Positions 9,274 through 18,243 of a stretch of 32,000 nucleotides of DNA are shown here, in pieces. Within the stretch, counting starts at the first letter, position 1. Each line of letters starts with the position of its first letter. The position numbers and the translations under genes were made by a program. The DNA is from Mycobacterium tuberculosis H37Rv (GTDB lineage: Bacteria > Actinomycetota > Actinomycetes > Mycobacteriales > Mycobacteriaceae), in assembly GCF_000195955.2 (NCBI RefSeq), contig NC_000962.3:3210001-3242000 (forward strand). Direction: 5' to 3'. The notes below the pieces were generated by a model. The model was not told the origin of the DNA, ran no database searches, and saw only the letters and a program-made list of their open reading frames with translations.

Positions 9274-9861
9274 TCATAGGCCGGCGGTCAGCAGCGCCGT
9301 CAGCATGGGAATCCGCTGTTCCTCGAGTTCGGGCTGCGGCAGTACCCCTCGCACAATGGCGGCGCCGTCGAAGACGTTGGTCATCAACGCCACGATGACC
9401 GGAAATGTCTCCTCCGGAAAGCTCTCGGCACCCGGCAGAGCACGCGCGGCGTCGTGGATCTTCGCGCTGTACTGCCCCAGCACATTCTGCAGCGTCTCCT
9501 TGAGCTTCTCGTCGGTGCGCGCGGCGACCATAAGCTCGTAGAGCACCGCATTCGTGGAGCCGGCCGTGATGTCCCGCAAAATCGTCAGCGCCGCCGGAAG
9601 CGCCGGCCGATCGGCCGGTATTTCGGCGACTTGCTTGGTGAACGTTTCCAGCTGACGGCGCAACACCTCGTATGCCGTGGCCGCCATGAAATCACCCATC
9701 GTTTCGAAGTGCCGGAACAGGGCGCCTACCGACACCCCAGCCCGCTTGGTGATCACGGCAGCCGATGCCCGCGCGTAGCCGACCTCGATGATCGTGTCGA
9801 TGCTGGCCTGCAGAAGCCGTGCAACGGTTTCTTCGCGGCGCTGCTGCTGGGTCCTGGCCAT
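9274..9861 (-). CDS. TetR-family transcriptional regulator (Rv2912c-like)
   Basis: 195-aa ORF with an N-terminal TetR HTH (ARLLQASIDTIIEVGYARASAAVITKRAGVSVGALFRHF). ATG 9859-9861 lies 1 nt after the upstream gene's stop (TGAcATG). Confidence 0.9.
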   Translation of the reverse strand: MARTQQQRREETVARLLQASIDTIIEVGYARASAAVITKRAGVSVGALFRHFETMGDFMAATAYEVLRRQLETFTKQVAEIPADRPALPAALTILRDITAGSTNAVLYELMVAARTDEKLKETLQNVLGQYSAKIHDAARALPGAESFPEETFPVIVALMTNVFDGAAIVRGVLPQPELEEQRIPMLTALLTAGL

Positions 9862-9862
9862 G

Positions 9863-11698
9863 TCAGGCAGAACGGCTCAGAGCGGCGCCGAGCTCACCCG
9901 CCCGCAGGTAGCGACCCGACTTCACGTTCTGCCCGTAGCCGTCGCGGAACTGACCTCCGAACTGGCCTCCGCGGAATACCACGGTGCCGCCCACGCCCGT
10001 CGCAACCACGGTCGCATCGTTGCGGTTGACCATGCGTCGCAGACCGCCATAGTAGGGCACCGCCTCCTCGTGGTACCCGTCCACCGATTCATCTAGGTGG
10101 GTAGGGTCAATCACCGCGAAGTCCGCACGGTCACCCTGGCGCAACGTGCCCGCGCCTATACCGAACCACTCGGCCAACTCACCGGTGAGGCGATACACTG
10201 CCCGCTCGATGGACAGAAACGGTTGTCCGGCCCGGTCGGCGTCTCTGGCTCGTTTGAGCAGCCGAAGCCCGAAGTTGTAGAACGCCATATTGCGCAGGTG
10301 CGCGCCGGCGTCGGAGAAGCCCATGTGGACACTCGGTTCGGCGGCCAGCTTGTTCAGCTGGTTGGGCCGGTGATTGGCGACGATGGTGGTCCATCGGACA
10401 TTGCGCTCCCCGTTGTCCACCAGCACATCGAGGAACGCGTCCAGCGGGTGCAGCCCGCGCTCGTCGGCTATTGCCCCGAAACTCTTACCGATCAACGACT
10501 TATCCGGGCATTCGACGATCACGGCGTCGTGGAAGTCCCGATGCCACAACGAAGGTCCGAGCTTGATGCGATCGAACTCGCGCCGGAACGACCGGCGGTA
10601 AGACCTGTCGGCCAGGAGCTCGTTGCGCTGCAGTTGGTCACGCAGATGAAGGGCCGCCGTTCCGGCGCCGAACTCCTCGAAGACCGGCAGGTCGATGCCG
10701 TCGGAGTACAGCTCGAACGGGACCGGCAGATGCTGGAATCGCACCTGAGAGCCTAAGAGCTTGTTCAGCACGCGGGTGCCCAACCCGAACACGTGTACCG
10801 CCAGCGGCATCGACTTGGCGTCGGCGGACACCAACATGCTCATTCGAACGCCCTTGCGCCGGTTGAATATCCGGCTGCTGGCCAAGAAAAACAGCAGCGC
10901 GGACACCGGGTTGTCGACGTCGGGTGCGCTCTGCAGTATCCGGCCCCGGTGGCGCAGCACCGAGATCAGCTTGCGACGCTCCCGCCAGGTCGCGAAGGTG
11001 GACGGCAGCGCACGCGAGCGGAAGCGGTCGCCGTCGAGCTTGTCGATAGCGGCGTCCATCCCGGACATGCCCAGCATCCCGGCCTCGAGCGCCTCATCGA
11101 GCAGTTTCGCCATCTTCGCCAGCTCGGCTTCGGTGGGCCGGACGGTGTCGTCGGTGGCACGATCAAGGCCCAGTACCGCGGTCCGCAGATCCGAATGGCC
11201 AAGCAGTGAACTCACATTCGGCCCGAGGGGCAGGGCGTCGATCGCTTCGATGTACTCCGCGGGCGTCGACCACGTCTGGTTGTCCCGCAGGGCACCCAGG
11301 ACAAATTCGCGGGGCACCGCTTCAACACGGCTGAACAGGTCGGCGGCATCCTCGGAGTTGGCGTAGACCGTCGACAACGAGCAGTTTCCCAGCAGCACCG
11401 TGGTGACACCGTGGCGCACCGACTCCCGCAAACCAGGATCGAGCAACACCTCGGCGTCATAGTGGGTGTGCACGTCGATGAAGCCAGGCACGACCCACTT
11501 CCCCGCCGCATCAACCACCTCCGGGCAGCCGGTCTCGTCCAGTGCGCCGGCAGCCACCGTGGCCACCACGCCGTCGCGAATGCCCAGAGTGCGAGTCAAT
11601 GGCGCATTGCCGGTGCCGTCGAACCACAGTCCGTCGCGAATGATCACGTCGTAGGTCACCGTTTCCTCCAGATCGTTGAGTTGCCGCCAAGCTAACAT
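9863..11698 (-). CDS. D-aminoacylase / N-acyl-D-amino-acid deacylase family amidohydrolase (Rv2913c-like)
   Basis: 611-aa ORF with the metal-binding motif FIDVHTHYD after YDVIIRDG, and a long amidohydrolase_3-like body. Confidence 0.88.
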   Translation of the reverse strand: MLAWRQLNDLEETVTYDVIIRDGLWFDGTGNAPLTRTLGIRDGVVATVAAGALDETGCPEVVDAAGKWVVPGFIDVHTHYDAEVLLDPGLRESVRHGVTTVLLGNCSLSTVYANSEDAADLFSRVEAVPREFVLGALRDNQTWSTPAEYIEAIDALPLGPNVSSLLGHSDLRTAVLGLDRATDDTVRPTEAELAKMAKLLDEALEAGMLGMSGMDAAIDKLDGDRFRSRALPSTFATWRERRKLISVLRHRGRILQSAPDVDNPVSALLFFLASSRIFNRRKGVRMSMLVSADAKSMPLAVHVFGLGTRVLNKLLGSQVRFQHLPVPFELYSDGIDLPVFEEFGAGTAALHLRDQLQRNELLADRSYRRSFRREFDRIKLGPSLWHRDFHDAVIVECPDKSLIGKSFGAIADERGLHPLDAFLDVLVDNGERNVRWTTIVANHRPNQLNKLAAEPSVHMGFSDAGAHLRNMAFYNFGLRLLKRARDADRAGQPFLSIERAVYRLTGELAEWFGIGAGTLRQGDRADFAVIDPTHLDESVDGYHEEAVPYYGGLRRMVNRNDATVVATGVGGTVVFRGGQFGGQFRDGYGQNVKSGRYLRAGELGAALSRSA

Positions 11699-11766
11699 AG
11701 ATAGCGATCACTCGCAATCTTTTTGGCTGACGCCGCTTCGCTGCCGCGGCGCTGGTCAAGTGGGTG

Positions 11767-13524
11767 TCAGCGACCGGGCCCCGGCGCCGTTGTGGTCGGC
11801 GGCGTCAGGGTGGCTGTGGACGTTGTATCGGGGGTATCAGGAATCGTTGCTGGGTCCGGCACGGTGACTGCCGGGGGAAGATCACCACTGCGGCTGGCCA
11901 CCGCGGGAATCCGAATGACCGCTCCTTGTTGTCCACATTCGTTGCTATGCACAGTGACGACCATTTCGCCGACGAGGTCGCCCTGCGGTTGCGGTCGCAG
12001 TGCGAGCAACTGCGTCGTGGCCTGTGTACTCGGCGAGCCGTTGGGCCCGACGCACGGGAACTGCACCGTCTCCGGCCGCGACTTCCACTGGCCCTCGCCG
12101 AACTGCATGAGGAACGGCCTAACGGGCGGAGTCTTGGCCTGGGTGTGGTCGTTGTCGTCGAGCATCGTTGCGGCCGCGAGACATTCGGTCGGAGTGCACG
12201 AAGTGCGGAACGCCCACCAGGTGTTCACGTCCGGCGGTTGCGGCGTAGGGGTGTAGTCGTAGGTCTGCTTTGAGCGTTGGATCTCGATGCGGTATGTGCC
12301 GTCCAGTGGGACCGGCGCGGTGACCGCGACGGTGGTCGTCGGGGCGCTGGGCACAGCCGACCCACTGGTCGGCGGGCGCGCGACTTCGGTGGCGGTCGTG
12401 TTCGTCTTGCGCCCAATCACGATGCCGACCGCGAACAGGCCAGCCAATAGCAACACCGCTACCGCACCGACCAGGATCCGGCGTGGCCGGCGCCTGGTGG
12501 GGCTCGCCGGAGCCTTGGTGGCGGTGGAGAAGTTGTCCAGGCGGCGCGCCAGCACCCCGGCCGCTGACTGCAGCATCGAGCCGCGCCGTTGGGGGGTCGG
12601 GGCCGCCGGCGCCGGTGCCCGGGCGGATGGTTCTTTGCAGTCGACGGCCTCGGGCCAACCATAAGCCGGGTAGTCGACGACATACGCTTCCTCACCGGCC
12701 GCCGCGGTGACCTCAGAAGCGTCGACACCCCCCGAGCTCTGATCAGCGATCGCGACGCCGGCCTGTTCGTTCATCGCGTCGGCGAACTCGCGGCAGCTGC
12801 CGAACCGGTCCGCGGGCGCTGTGGCGAGCGCACGCGAGAGGACACCGTCGAGGCGTGCCAGGTCCGGGCGGAAGGCGGAGAGCTTCGGTGGCTGCAGCGG
12901 TCCGGTGTGCGAACGATCAACCGGCGGCGCACCGGCGAACAGGTGTATGGCGGTAAGCGCCAACGCGTACTGATCGGCACGCCCGTCAACGTCGGCCCCC
13001 GCCGACAGTTCGGGCGCCGGATAGCTGGGTTGGCTGGCAATTCCGAAGTCGGCCAACAGGATCCGTTGGTCGCCAGCACTCTGACTGGTTAGCACGACGT
13101 TGGCGGGGTTGACGTCACGATGCAGCAGGCCGCGCTGGTGGGCGTAGTCGAGAGCTCCGGCTACGGCAGTGACGATGGCGAGTACCTCACCAACCGGCAA
13201 GACCGCCGGAAACCGGTCGGCCATATGCTGCGTGGCGTCGATGCCATCGACGTAGTCCATCGCAATCCACAGCTGCCCGTCGAACTCACCGCGATCATGA
13301 ACCTCCAGGATGTGCGGGTGAAATAGCCGCGCGGCAACCTCGGTCTCCCGTTGAAATCGGCGGCGAAATTCGTCGTCCGCAGCCATCGCCGGCGAAAGCA
13401 CCTTCAGCGCCTGCCAGCCGGGGAATCCGGGATGTTGCACGAGGTAGACCTCACCCATCGCGGAACAACCCAGCATCCGCACGACGGTGTAGCCGGCAAA
13501 GGTCACGCCGCTGGCCAACGCCAT
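11767..13524 (-). CDS. pknI: Transmembrane Ser/Thr protein kinase-like receptor PknI
   Basis: Track ORF 11767..13578 trimmed to ATG 13524 (MALASGVTFAGYTV...); the longer form would overlap the upstream gene's stop at 13568. Kinase motifs ALKVL, HRDVNPAN and DFG. TM helix ILVGAVAVLLLAGLFAVGIVIG, followed by an extracytoplasmic domain. Confidence 0.92.
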   Translation of the reverse strand: MALASGVTFAGYTVVRMLGCSAMGEVYLVQHPGFPGWQALKVLSPAMAADDEFRRRFQRETEVAARLFHPHILEVHDRGEFDGQLWIAMDYVDGIDATQHMADRFPAVLPVGEVLAIVTAVAGALDYAHQRGLLHRDVNPANVVLTSQSAGDQRILLADFGIASQPSYPAPELSAGADVDGRADQYALALTAIHLFAGAPPVDRSHTGPLQPPKLSAFRPDLARLDGVLSRALATAPADRFGSCREFADAMNEQAGVAIADQSSGGVDASEVTAAAGEEAYVVDYPAYGWPEAVDCKEPSARAPAPAAPTPQRRGSMLQSAAGVLARRLDNFSTATKAPASPTRRRPRRILVGAVAVLLLAGLFAVGIVIGRKTNTTATEVARPPTSGSAVPSAPTTTVAVTAPVPLDGTYRIEIQRSKQTYDYTPTPQPPDVNTWWAFRTSCTPTECLAAATMLDDNDHTQAKTPPVRPFLMQFGEGQWKSRPETVQFPCVGPNGSPSTQATTQLLALRPQPQGDLVGEMVVTVHSNECGQQGAVIRIPAVASRSGDLPPAVTVPDPATIPDTPDTTSTATLTPPTTTAPGPGR

Positions 13525-13567
13525 TGGCCGATAGTAACCGCGTTCGGCACGGCCCGCGCGGCCAAAG

Positions 13568-14680
13568 CTAGGGCCCAAAAGTCCTGCCGCGCAAAATCAC
13601 CAGATCGGGATGCTGCAGCACACCCGGACCCTGCCGCGGATCCTGGGCGTAGCACAACAGGTCGGCCGATGCCCTATCGTCCAGCCCGGGCCGGCCCAGC
13701 CAGCGTCGAGCATCCCAGCACGCCGCGCCCAACGCCTCGTGCGCGGTCATCCCAATCCTCTGCAGCGCCGCTACCTCGTCAGCGATCCGTCCGTGCTCGA
13801 TCGTGCTGCCCGCATCGGTGCCCGCGTATACCGGCACCCCCGCCTCCCGCGCCGCAGCGACCCGCCCATAGCCGCGGGCATACAGGTCGCGCATGTGCGC
13901 GGCATAGGTTGGATAGCGCCCTGCCGCATCGGCAATGCCCGGAAAGTTTTCCAGGTTGATCAGCGTGGGGACCAACGCGGTGCCGTGCTCGAGCATCAAG
14001 GCGATGGTGTCGTCGGTGAGGCCGGTGCCGTGCTCGATGCAGTCGATGCCGGCGTTGATCAAGCCGGGCAGCGCGTCCTCGCTGAAAACGTGCGCGGTGA
14101 CCCGGGCGCCCTGAGCGTGTGCCGTGTCGATGGCGGCTTTGAGCACGTCATCGGACCACAACGGGGCAAGATCGCCGATTTGACGGTCGATCCAGTCACC
14201 GACCAGCTTGACCCAGCCGTCACCGCGGCGGGCCTGCTCGGCTACCGCTGCCGGCAGCTGGGATTCGTCTTCGAGCTCGACCGCGAAGCCGGCGATGTAA
14301 CGCTTGGGTCTGGCCAGGTGCCGTCCGGCGCGGATGATGCGGGGCAGGTCTTCGTGGTCGTCAAGGCCGCGGGTGTCGGTCGGCGAGCCGCAGTCCCGCA
14401 ACAGCAGCGCGCCGACGTCACGTTCGGTCTCGGCCTGAGCGATCGCCTCGTCGAGTTCGACGTTGCCGTGTTTCCCAAGCCCGACATGGCAGTGCGCGTC
14501 GACCAGCCCGGGCAGGATCCAGCCGCCGTCAAAGACGGTGTCGGCTCCTGCCACCGGTTCGGTGCTAATGCGGCCGTCGACGATCCACAGTTGGATCGCC
14601 GTCTCGTCGGGCAGGCCCAAACCTCGCACGTGCAGGCGCACGGCGCGGCTACGGGGCCTGATGGTGTCGACCCGCTTCAC
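13568..14680 (-). CDS. Metal-dependent amidohydrolase family protein (Rv2915c-like)
   Basis: Amidohydrolase motifs LVDAHCHVG, HVFSED and AGTDAG. The track ORF starts at GTG 14695. I prefer the in-frame GTG at 14680 (GGAG 4 nt upstream; 370 aa as I recall the annotation), but the start remains uncertain by 15 nt. Confidence 0.85.
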   Translation of the reverse strand: MKRVDTIRPRSRAVRLHVRGLGLPDETAIQLWIVDGRISTEPVAGADTVFDGGWILPGLVDAHCHVGLGKHGNVELDEAIAQAETERDVGALLLRDCGSPTDTRGLDDHEDLPRIIRAGRHLARPKRYIAGFAVELEDESQLPAAVAEQARRGDGWVKLVGDWIDRQIGDLAPLWSDDVLKAAIDTAHAQGARVTAHVFSEDALPGLINAGIDCIEHGTGLTDDTIALMLEHGTALVPTLINLENFPGIADAAGRYPTYAAHMRDLYARGYGRVAAAREAGVPVYAGTDAGSTIEHGRIADEVAALQRIGMTAHEALGAACWDARRWLGRPGLDDRASADLLCYAQDPRQGPGVLQHPDLVILRGRTFGP

Positions 14681-14707
14681 CCGGCTCCGCCGCACTCGCG
14701 ATCGCCA

Positions 14708-16285
14708 CTACTTCTTGCCTGGGAACTTCAGCTTGGACAGGTCGAAGTCGGCCAGGCCGGGCGGCAGCTCGTCGAGACCTTTGGGCATCTGTGAGAGATC
14801 AGGGAGCCCCCCAGGTAGCCCAGCCAAGCCCGGCATCCCGGGCACGCCGAACGGGCTCTTGACCTTCGGCGGCGTCGGACCGCGCGTCCCCTTCTTACTC
14901 TTCTTGCCGGATTTGCCTTTTGCGCCCTTGCTCTTTCGCGTCGCGGATTTGCGCCCTATGCCCGGTATGCCCATGCCCCCGAGCATGGACGACATCATCT
15001 TGCGGGCTTCGAAGAAGCGCTCGACCAGCTGGTTGACCTCGGACACCGTGACGCCCGAGCCGTTGGCGATGCGCAGCCGCCGCGAGGCATTGATGATCTT
15101 GGGGTCTGCCCGTTCCTGCGGCGTCATGCCGCGAATGATGGCCTGGACACGATCGAGTTGTTTGTCGTCGACCTCGGCCAACGCGTCCTTCATCTGAGCC
15201 GCGCCGGGCAGCATGCCCAGCAGGTTGCCGATCGGGCCCATCTTGCGTACCGCGAGCATCTGCTCGAGGAAGTCCTCCAGGGTCAGCTCGCCGGCGCCGA
15301 TCTTGGCTGCGGCCTCCTCGGCCTGTTGTGCATCGAAGACCTGCTCGGCCTGTTCGATCAGGCTCAGCACATCGCCCATGCCCAAGATGCGACTGGCCAT
15401 CCGGTCCGGGTGGAAGACGTCGAAGTCCTCCAGCTTCTCCCCGGTGGAGGCGAAAAGGATTGGAACACCGGTCACTTCGCGCACCGATAACGCGGCACCA
15501 CCGCGGGCGTCACCGTCGAGCTTGGTCAAGGCCACACCGGTGAACCCGACGCCCTCGCCGAACGCCGCAGCGGTGGTGACCGCGTCCTGGCCGATCATCG
15601 CGTCCAGGACGAACAGCACCTCGTCGGGGTTGATGGCGTCGCGGATGGCCGCGGCCTGGGCCATCAGCTCCTCGTCGATGCCCAGTCGTCCGGCGGTGTC
15701 GACGATGACGACGTCGAAGTGCTTGGCCCGGGCCTCGGCCAGCCCGGCCGCCGCCACCGCAACCGGGTCACCGGGGCCGGACTCCGGCGAGGCACCCGGA
15801 TGCGGCGCGAACACCGGCACTCCGGCACGCTCGCCGACGACCTGCAGCTGGTTCACCGCGGCCGGCCGTTGCAGGTCACAAGCGACCAGCAGTGGCGTGT
15901 GTCCTTGTCCACGCAGGCGGGCGGCCAATTTGCCGGCCAGTGTCGTCTTCCCGGAGCCCTGCAGGCCGGCGAGCATCACGACGGTCGGCGGGGTCTTCGC
16001 AAACGCCAACTCGCGGGTTTCGCCGCCGAGGATGCTTATCAGTTCCTCGTTGACGATCTTGACGACCTGTTGAGCCGGGTTGAGGGCACTTGACACCTCG
16101 GCCCCGCGGGCGCGTTCTTTGATCCGGTGGATGAATGCCCGGACCACCGGTAGCGAAACATCGGCTTCCAGCAGCGCCAAACGAATTTCGCGGGTAGTGG
16201 CATCGATATCGGCATCGGTCAGTCGGCCCTTGCCGCGCAGCCCCTGCAGGGCGGCGGTCAAACGGTCAGACAGCGATTCAAACAC
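14708..16285 (-). CDS. ffh: Signal recognition particle protein Ffh (SRP54)
   Basis: 525-aa ORF with a GTG start (cac 16283-16285). GTPase motifs GLQGSGKTT, DTAGR and TKLDGD. Met-rich M domain and a Gly/Pro/Lys-rich C-terminal tail. Confidence 0.96.
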   Translation of the reverse strand: MFESLSDRLTAALQGLRGKGRLTDADIDATTREIRLALLEADVSLPVVRAFIHRIKERARGAEVSSALNPAQQVVKIVNEELISILGGETRELAFAKTPPTVVMLAGLQGSGKTTLAGKLAARLRGQGHTPLLVACDLQRPAAVNQLQVVGERAGVPVFAPHPGASPESGPGDPVAVAAAGLAEARAKHFDVVIVDTAGRLGIDEELMAQAAAIRDAINPDEVLFVLDAMIGQDAVTTAAAFGEGVGFTGVALTKLDGDARGGAALSVREVTGVPILFASTGEKLEDFDVFHPDRMASRILGMGDVLSLIEQAEQVFDAQQAEEAAAKIGAGELTLEDFLEQMLAVRKMGPIGNLLGMLPGAAQMKDALAEVDDKQLDRVQAIIRGMTPQERADPKIINASRRLRIANGSGVTVSEVNQLVERFFEARKMMSSMLGGMGIPGIGRKSATRKSKGAKGKSGKKSKKGTRGPTPPKVKSPFGVPGMPGLAGLPGGLPDLSQMPKGLDELPPGLADFDLSKLKFPGKK

Positions 16286-16336
16286 GCCCGCCAGCCTAAT
16301 GGTGATCGCGAGCGCCGCGCAGCGGCACCGTTATCC

Positions 16337-16397
16337 GTTGACTCTGCGTCCACCACGCAAAAGTGCGAGTAACCCGCCTGGTGGACGCAGAGTCAAC
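16337..16397. promoter_or_regulatory. Perfect 19-bp inverted repeat (stem-loop or palindromic operator) in the ffh/Rv2917 divergent region
   Basis: GTTGACTCTGCGTCCACCA (16337-16355) and TGGTGGACGCAGAGTCAAC (16379-16397) with a 23-nt spacer. The annotated GTG of the helicase-like gene (16363) lies in the spacer. The repeat sits 52-112 nt upstream of the ffh GTG. Confidence 0.6.
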
Positions 16398-18243
16398 ACG
16401 ATGCGACGTCGGACCTGCGCCGAAAAGCGTTGCCATGCTACATTTCACCGCCGCCACCTCACGGTTCCGGCTGGGGAGGGAGCGGGCAAATTCGGTCCGT
16501 AGCGACGGGGGGTGGGGAGTCTTGCAGCCGGTCAGCGCGACCTTCAACCCTCCGTTGCGGGGTTGGCAGCGCCGGGCGCTGGTGCAGTACCTGGGCACCC
16601 AGCCGCGGGATTTCCTCGCGGTGGCCACTCCCGGATCTGGCAAGACATCGTTCGCGCTGCGGATCGCAGCCGAACTACTCCGTTACCACACTGTCGAGCA
16701 GGTCACCGTCGTCGTGCCCACAGAGCACCTCAAGGTGCAGTGGGCGCATGCTGCGGCAGCACACGGCCTTTCCCTTGACCCAAAGTTCGCCAACTCCAAT
16801 CCGCAGACCTCACCGGAGTATCACGGCGTAATGGTCACCTACGCCCAGGTCGCTTCGCATCCCACGCTGCACCGAGTGCGTACCGAAGCGCGCAAGACGT
16901 TGGTGGTCTTCGACGAGATCCACCACGGCGGCGACGCCAAGACCTGGGGAGACGCCATCCGGGAAGCTTTCGGTGACGCCACCCGCCGCCTTGCCCTGAC
17001 GGGTACACCGTTTCGCAGCGACGACAGCCCAATCCCGTTCGTCAGCTACCAGCCCGACGCGGATGGCGTGCTGCGTTCTCAGGCTGACCACACCTACGGC
17101 TATGCGGAAGCCCTCGCTGACGGTGTCGTCCGGCCGGTGGTCTTCCTCGCCTATTCGGGGCAGGCGCGCTGGCGGGACAGCGCCGGCGAGGAGTACGAGG
17201 CGCGACTGGGCGAGCCGCTGTCTGCCGAGCAGACCGCGCGGGCGTGGCGCACAGCGCTCGACCCGGAAGGCGAGTGGATGCCGGCGGTGATCACGGCGGC
17301 CGATCGACGGCTCCGACAACTGCGTGCGCACGTACCCGACGCGGGCGGCATGATCATCGCCTCGGATCGCACCACGGCCCGCGCTTATGCCCGCCTGCTC
17401 ACCACGATGACGGCCGAAGAGCCCACGGTCGTGCTCTCCGACGACCCCGGATCGTCGGCGCGTATCACGGAATTTGCCCAGGGCACCAGCCGTTGGCTGG
17501 TCGCGGTCCGCATGGTCTCCGAAGGTGTCGACGTGCCCCGGCTTTCGGTCGGGGTTTACGCCACCAACGCCTCCACGCCGCTGTTCTTCGCACAGGCCAT
17601 CGGTCGGTTCGTGAGGTCCCGCCGACCGGGTGAAACCGCGAGCATCTTCGTGCCGTCGGTGCCTAACCTGCTGCAGCTGGCCAGTGCGTTGGAGGTGCAG
17701 CGTAACCACGTGCTGGGCCGACCGCACCGCGAATCGGCCCACGATCCCCTCGATGGTGATCCCGCCACCAGGACGCAAACCGAGCGGGGCGGCGCGGAGC
17801 GGGGCTTTACCGCGTTGGGGGCCGATGCGGAACTCGATCAGGTCATCTTCGACGGTTCCTCGTTCGGCACCGCCACCCCAACCGGGAGCGACGAGGAGGC
17901 CGACTACCTAGGCATCCCCGGGCTGCTCGATGCCGAGCAGATGCGCGCCCTGCTGCACCGCCGCCAAGACGAGCAGCTGAGGAAACGGGCTCAGCTTCAG
18001 AAAGGGGCCACCCAGCCAGCAACGTCGGGGGCTTCGGCATCGGTGCATGGCCAACTGCGCGACCTGCGCCGCGAGCTCCACACGCTGGTGTCGATTGCGC
18101 ACCACCGCACCGGCAAACCGCATGGCTGGATCCACGACGAACGGCGCCGCCGTTGTGGCGGGCCTCCGATCGCCGCTGCCACCCGCGCTCAGATCAAGGC
18201 ACGCATCGATGCGTTGCGACAGCTCAACTCCGAGCGGTCATGA
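16363..18243 (+). CDS. Superfamily-2 (DEAD/DEAH, ResIII-like) helicase/ATPase of unknown function (Rv2917-like); start codon uncertain
   Basis: 626-aa ORF with Walker A ATPGSGKT, Walker B VVFDEIHH, LALTGTPFRSD, and the helicase C-domain sequence VAVRMVSEGVDVPRLSVGVYATNASTPLFFAQAIGRFVR. Alternative in-frame starts include ATG 16435. Confidence 0.85.
   Translation: MRVTRLVDAESTRCDVGPAPKSVAMLHFTAATSRFRLGRERANSVRSDGGWGVLQPVSATFNPPLRGWQRRALVQYLGTQPRDFLAVATPGSGKTSFALRIAAELLRYHTVEQVTVVVPTEHLKVQWAHAAAAHGLSLDPKFANSNPQTSPEYHGVMVTYAQVASHPTLHRVRTEARKTLVVFDEIHHGGDAKTWGDAIREAFGDATRRLALTGTPFRSDDSPIPFVSYQPDADGVLRSQADHTYGYAEALADGVVRPVVFLAYSGQARWRDSAGEEYEARLGEPLSAEQTARAWRTALDPEGEWMPAVITAADRRLRQLRAHVPDAGGMIIASDRTTARAYARLLTTMTAEEPTVVLSDDPGSSARITEFAQGTSRWLVAVRMVSEGVDVPRLSVGVYATNASTPLFFAQAIGRFVRSRRPGETASIFVPSVPNLLQLASALEVQRNHVLGRPHRESAHDPLDGDPATRTQTERGGAERGFTALGADAELDQVIFDGSSFGTATPTGSDEEADYLGIPGLLDAEQMRALLHRRQDEQLRKRAQLQKGATQPATSGASASVHGQLRDLRRELHTLVSIAHHRTGKPHGWIHDERRRRCGGPPIAAATRAQIKARIDALRQLNSERS

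Noticed and set aside
13610-14794. 394-aa plus-strand ORF antisense to the amidohydrolase gene and the ffh 3' end
   Set aside because: Same shadow-ORF signature (Arg/Gly/Pro/Val-rich, no motifs). The opposite strand carries clear amidohydrolase and SRP54 motifs.
16299-16330. Possible degenerate MIRU remnant upstream of ffh (ggtgatcgcgagcgccgcgcagcggcacc versus the repeat core gcgatcgcaagcgcggcgcagccgcgcgcagcgggtcgccacc)
   Set aside because: The similarity needs a 10-nt gap and rests largely on GCGC-type low-complexity sequence. I cannot distinguish it from chance without a genome-wide profile search.
16810-17778. 322-aa minus-strand ORF inside the helicase-like gene
   Set aside because: It is antisense to a region carrying clear SF2 helicase motifs. 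Its composition is Arg/Gly/His-rich and no motif is recognisable.
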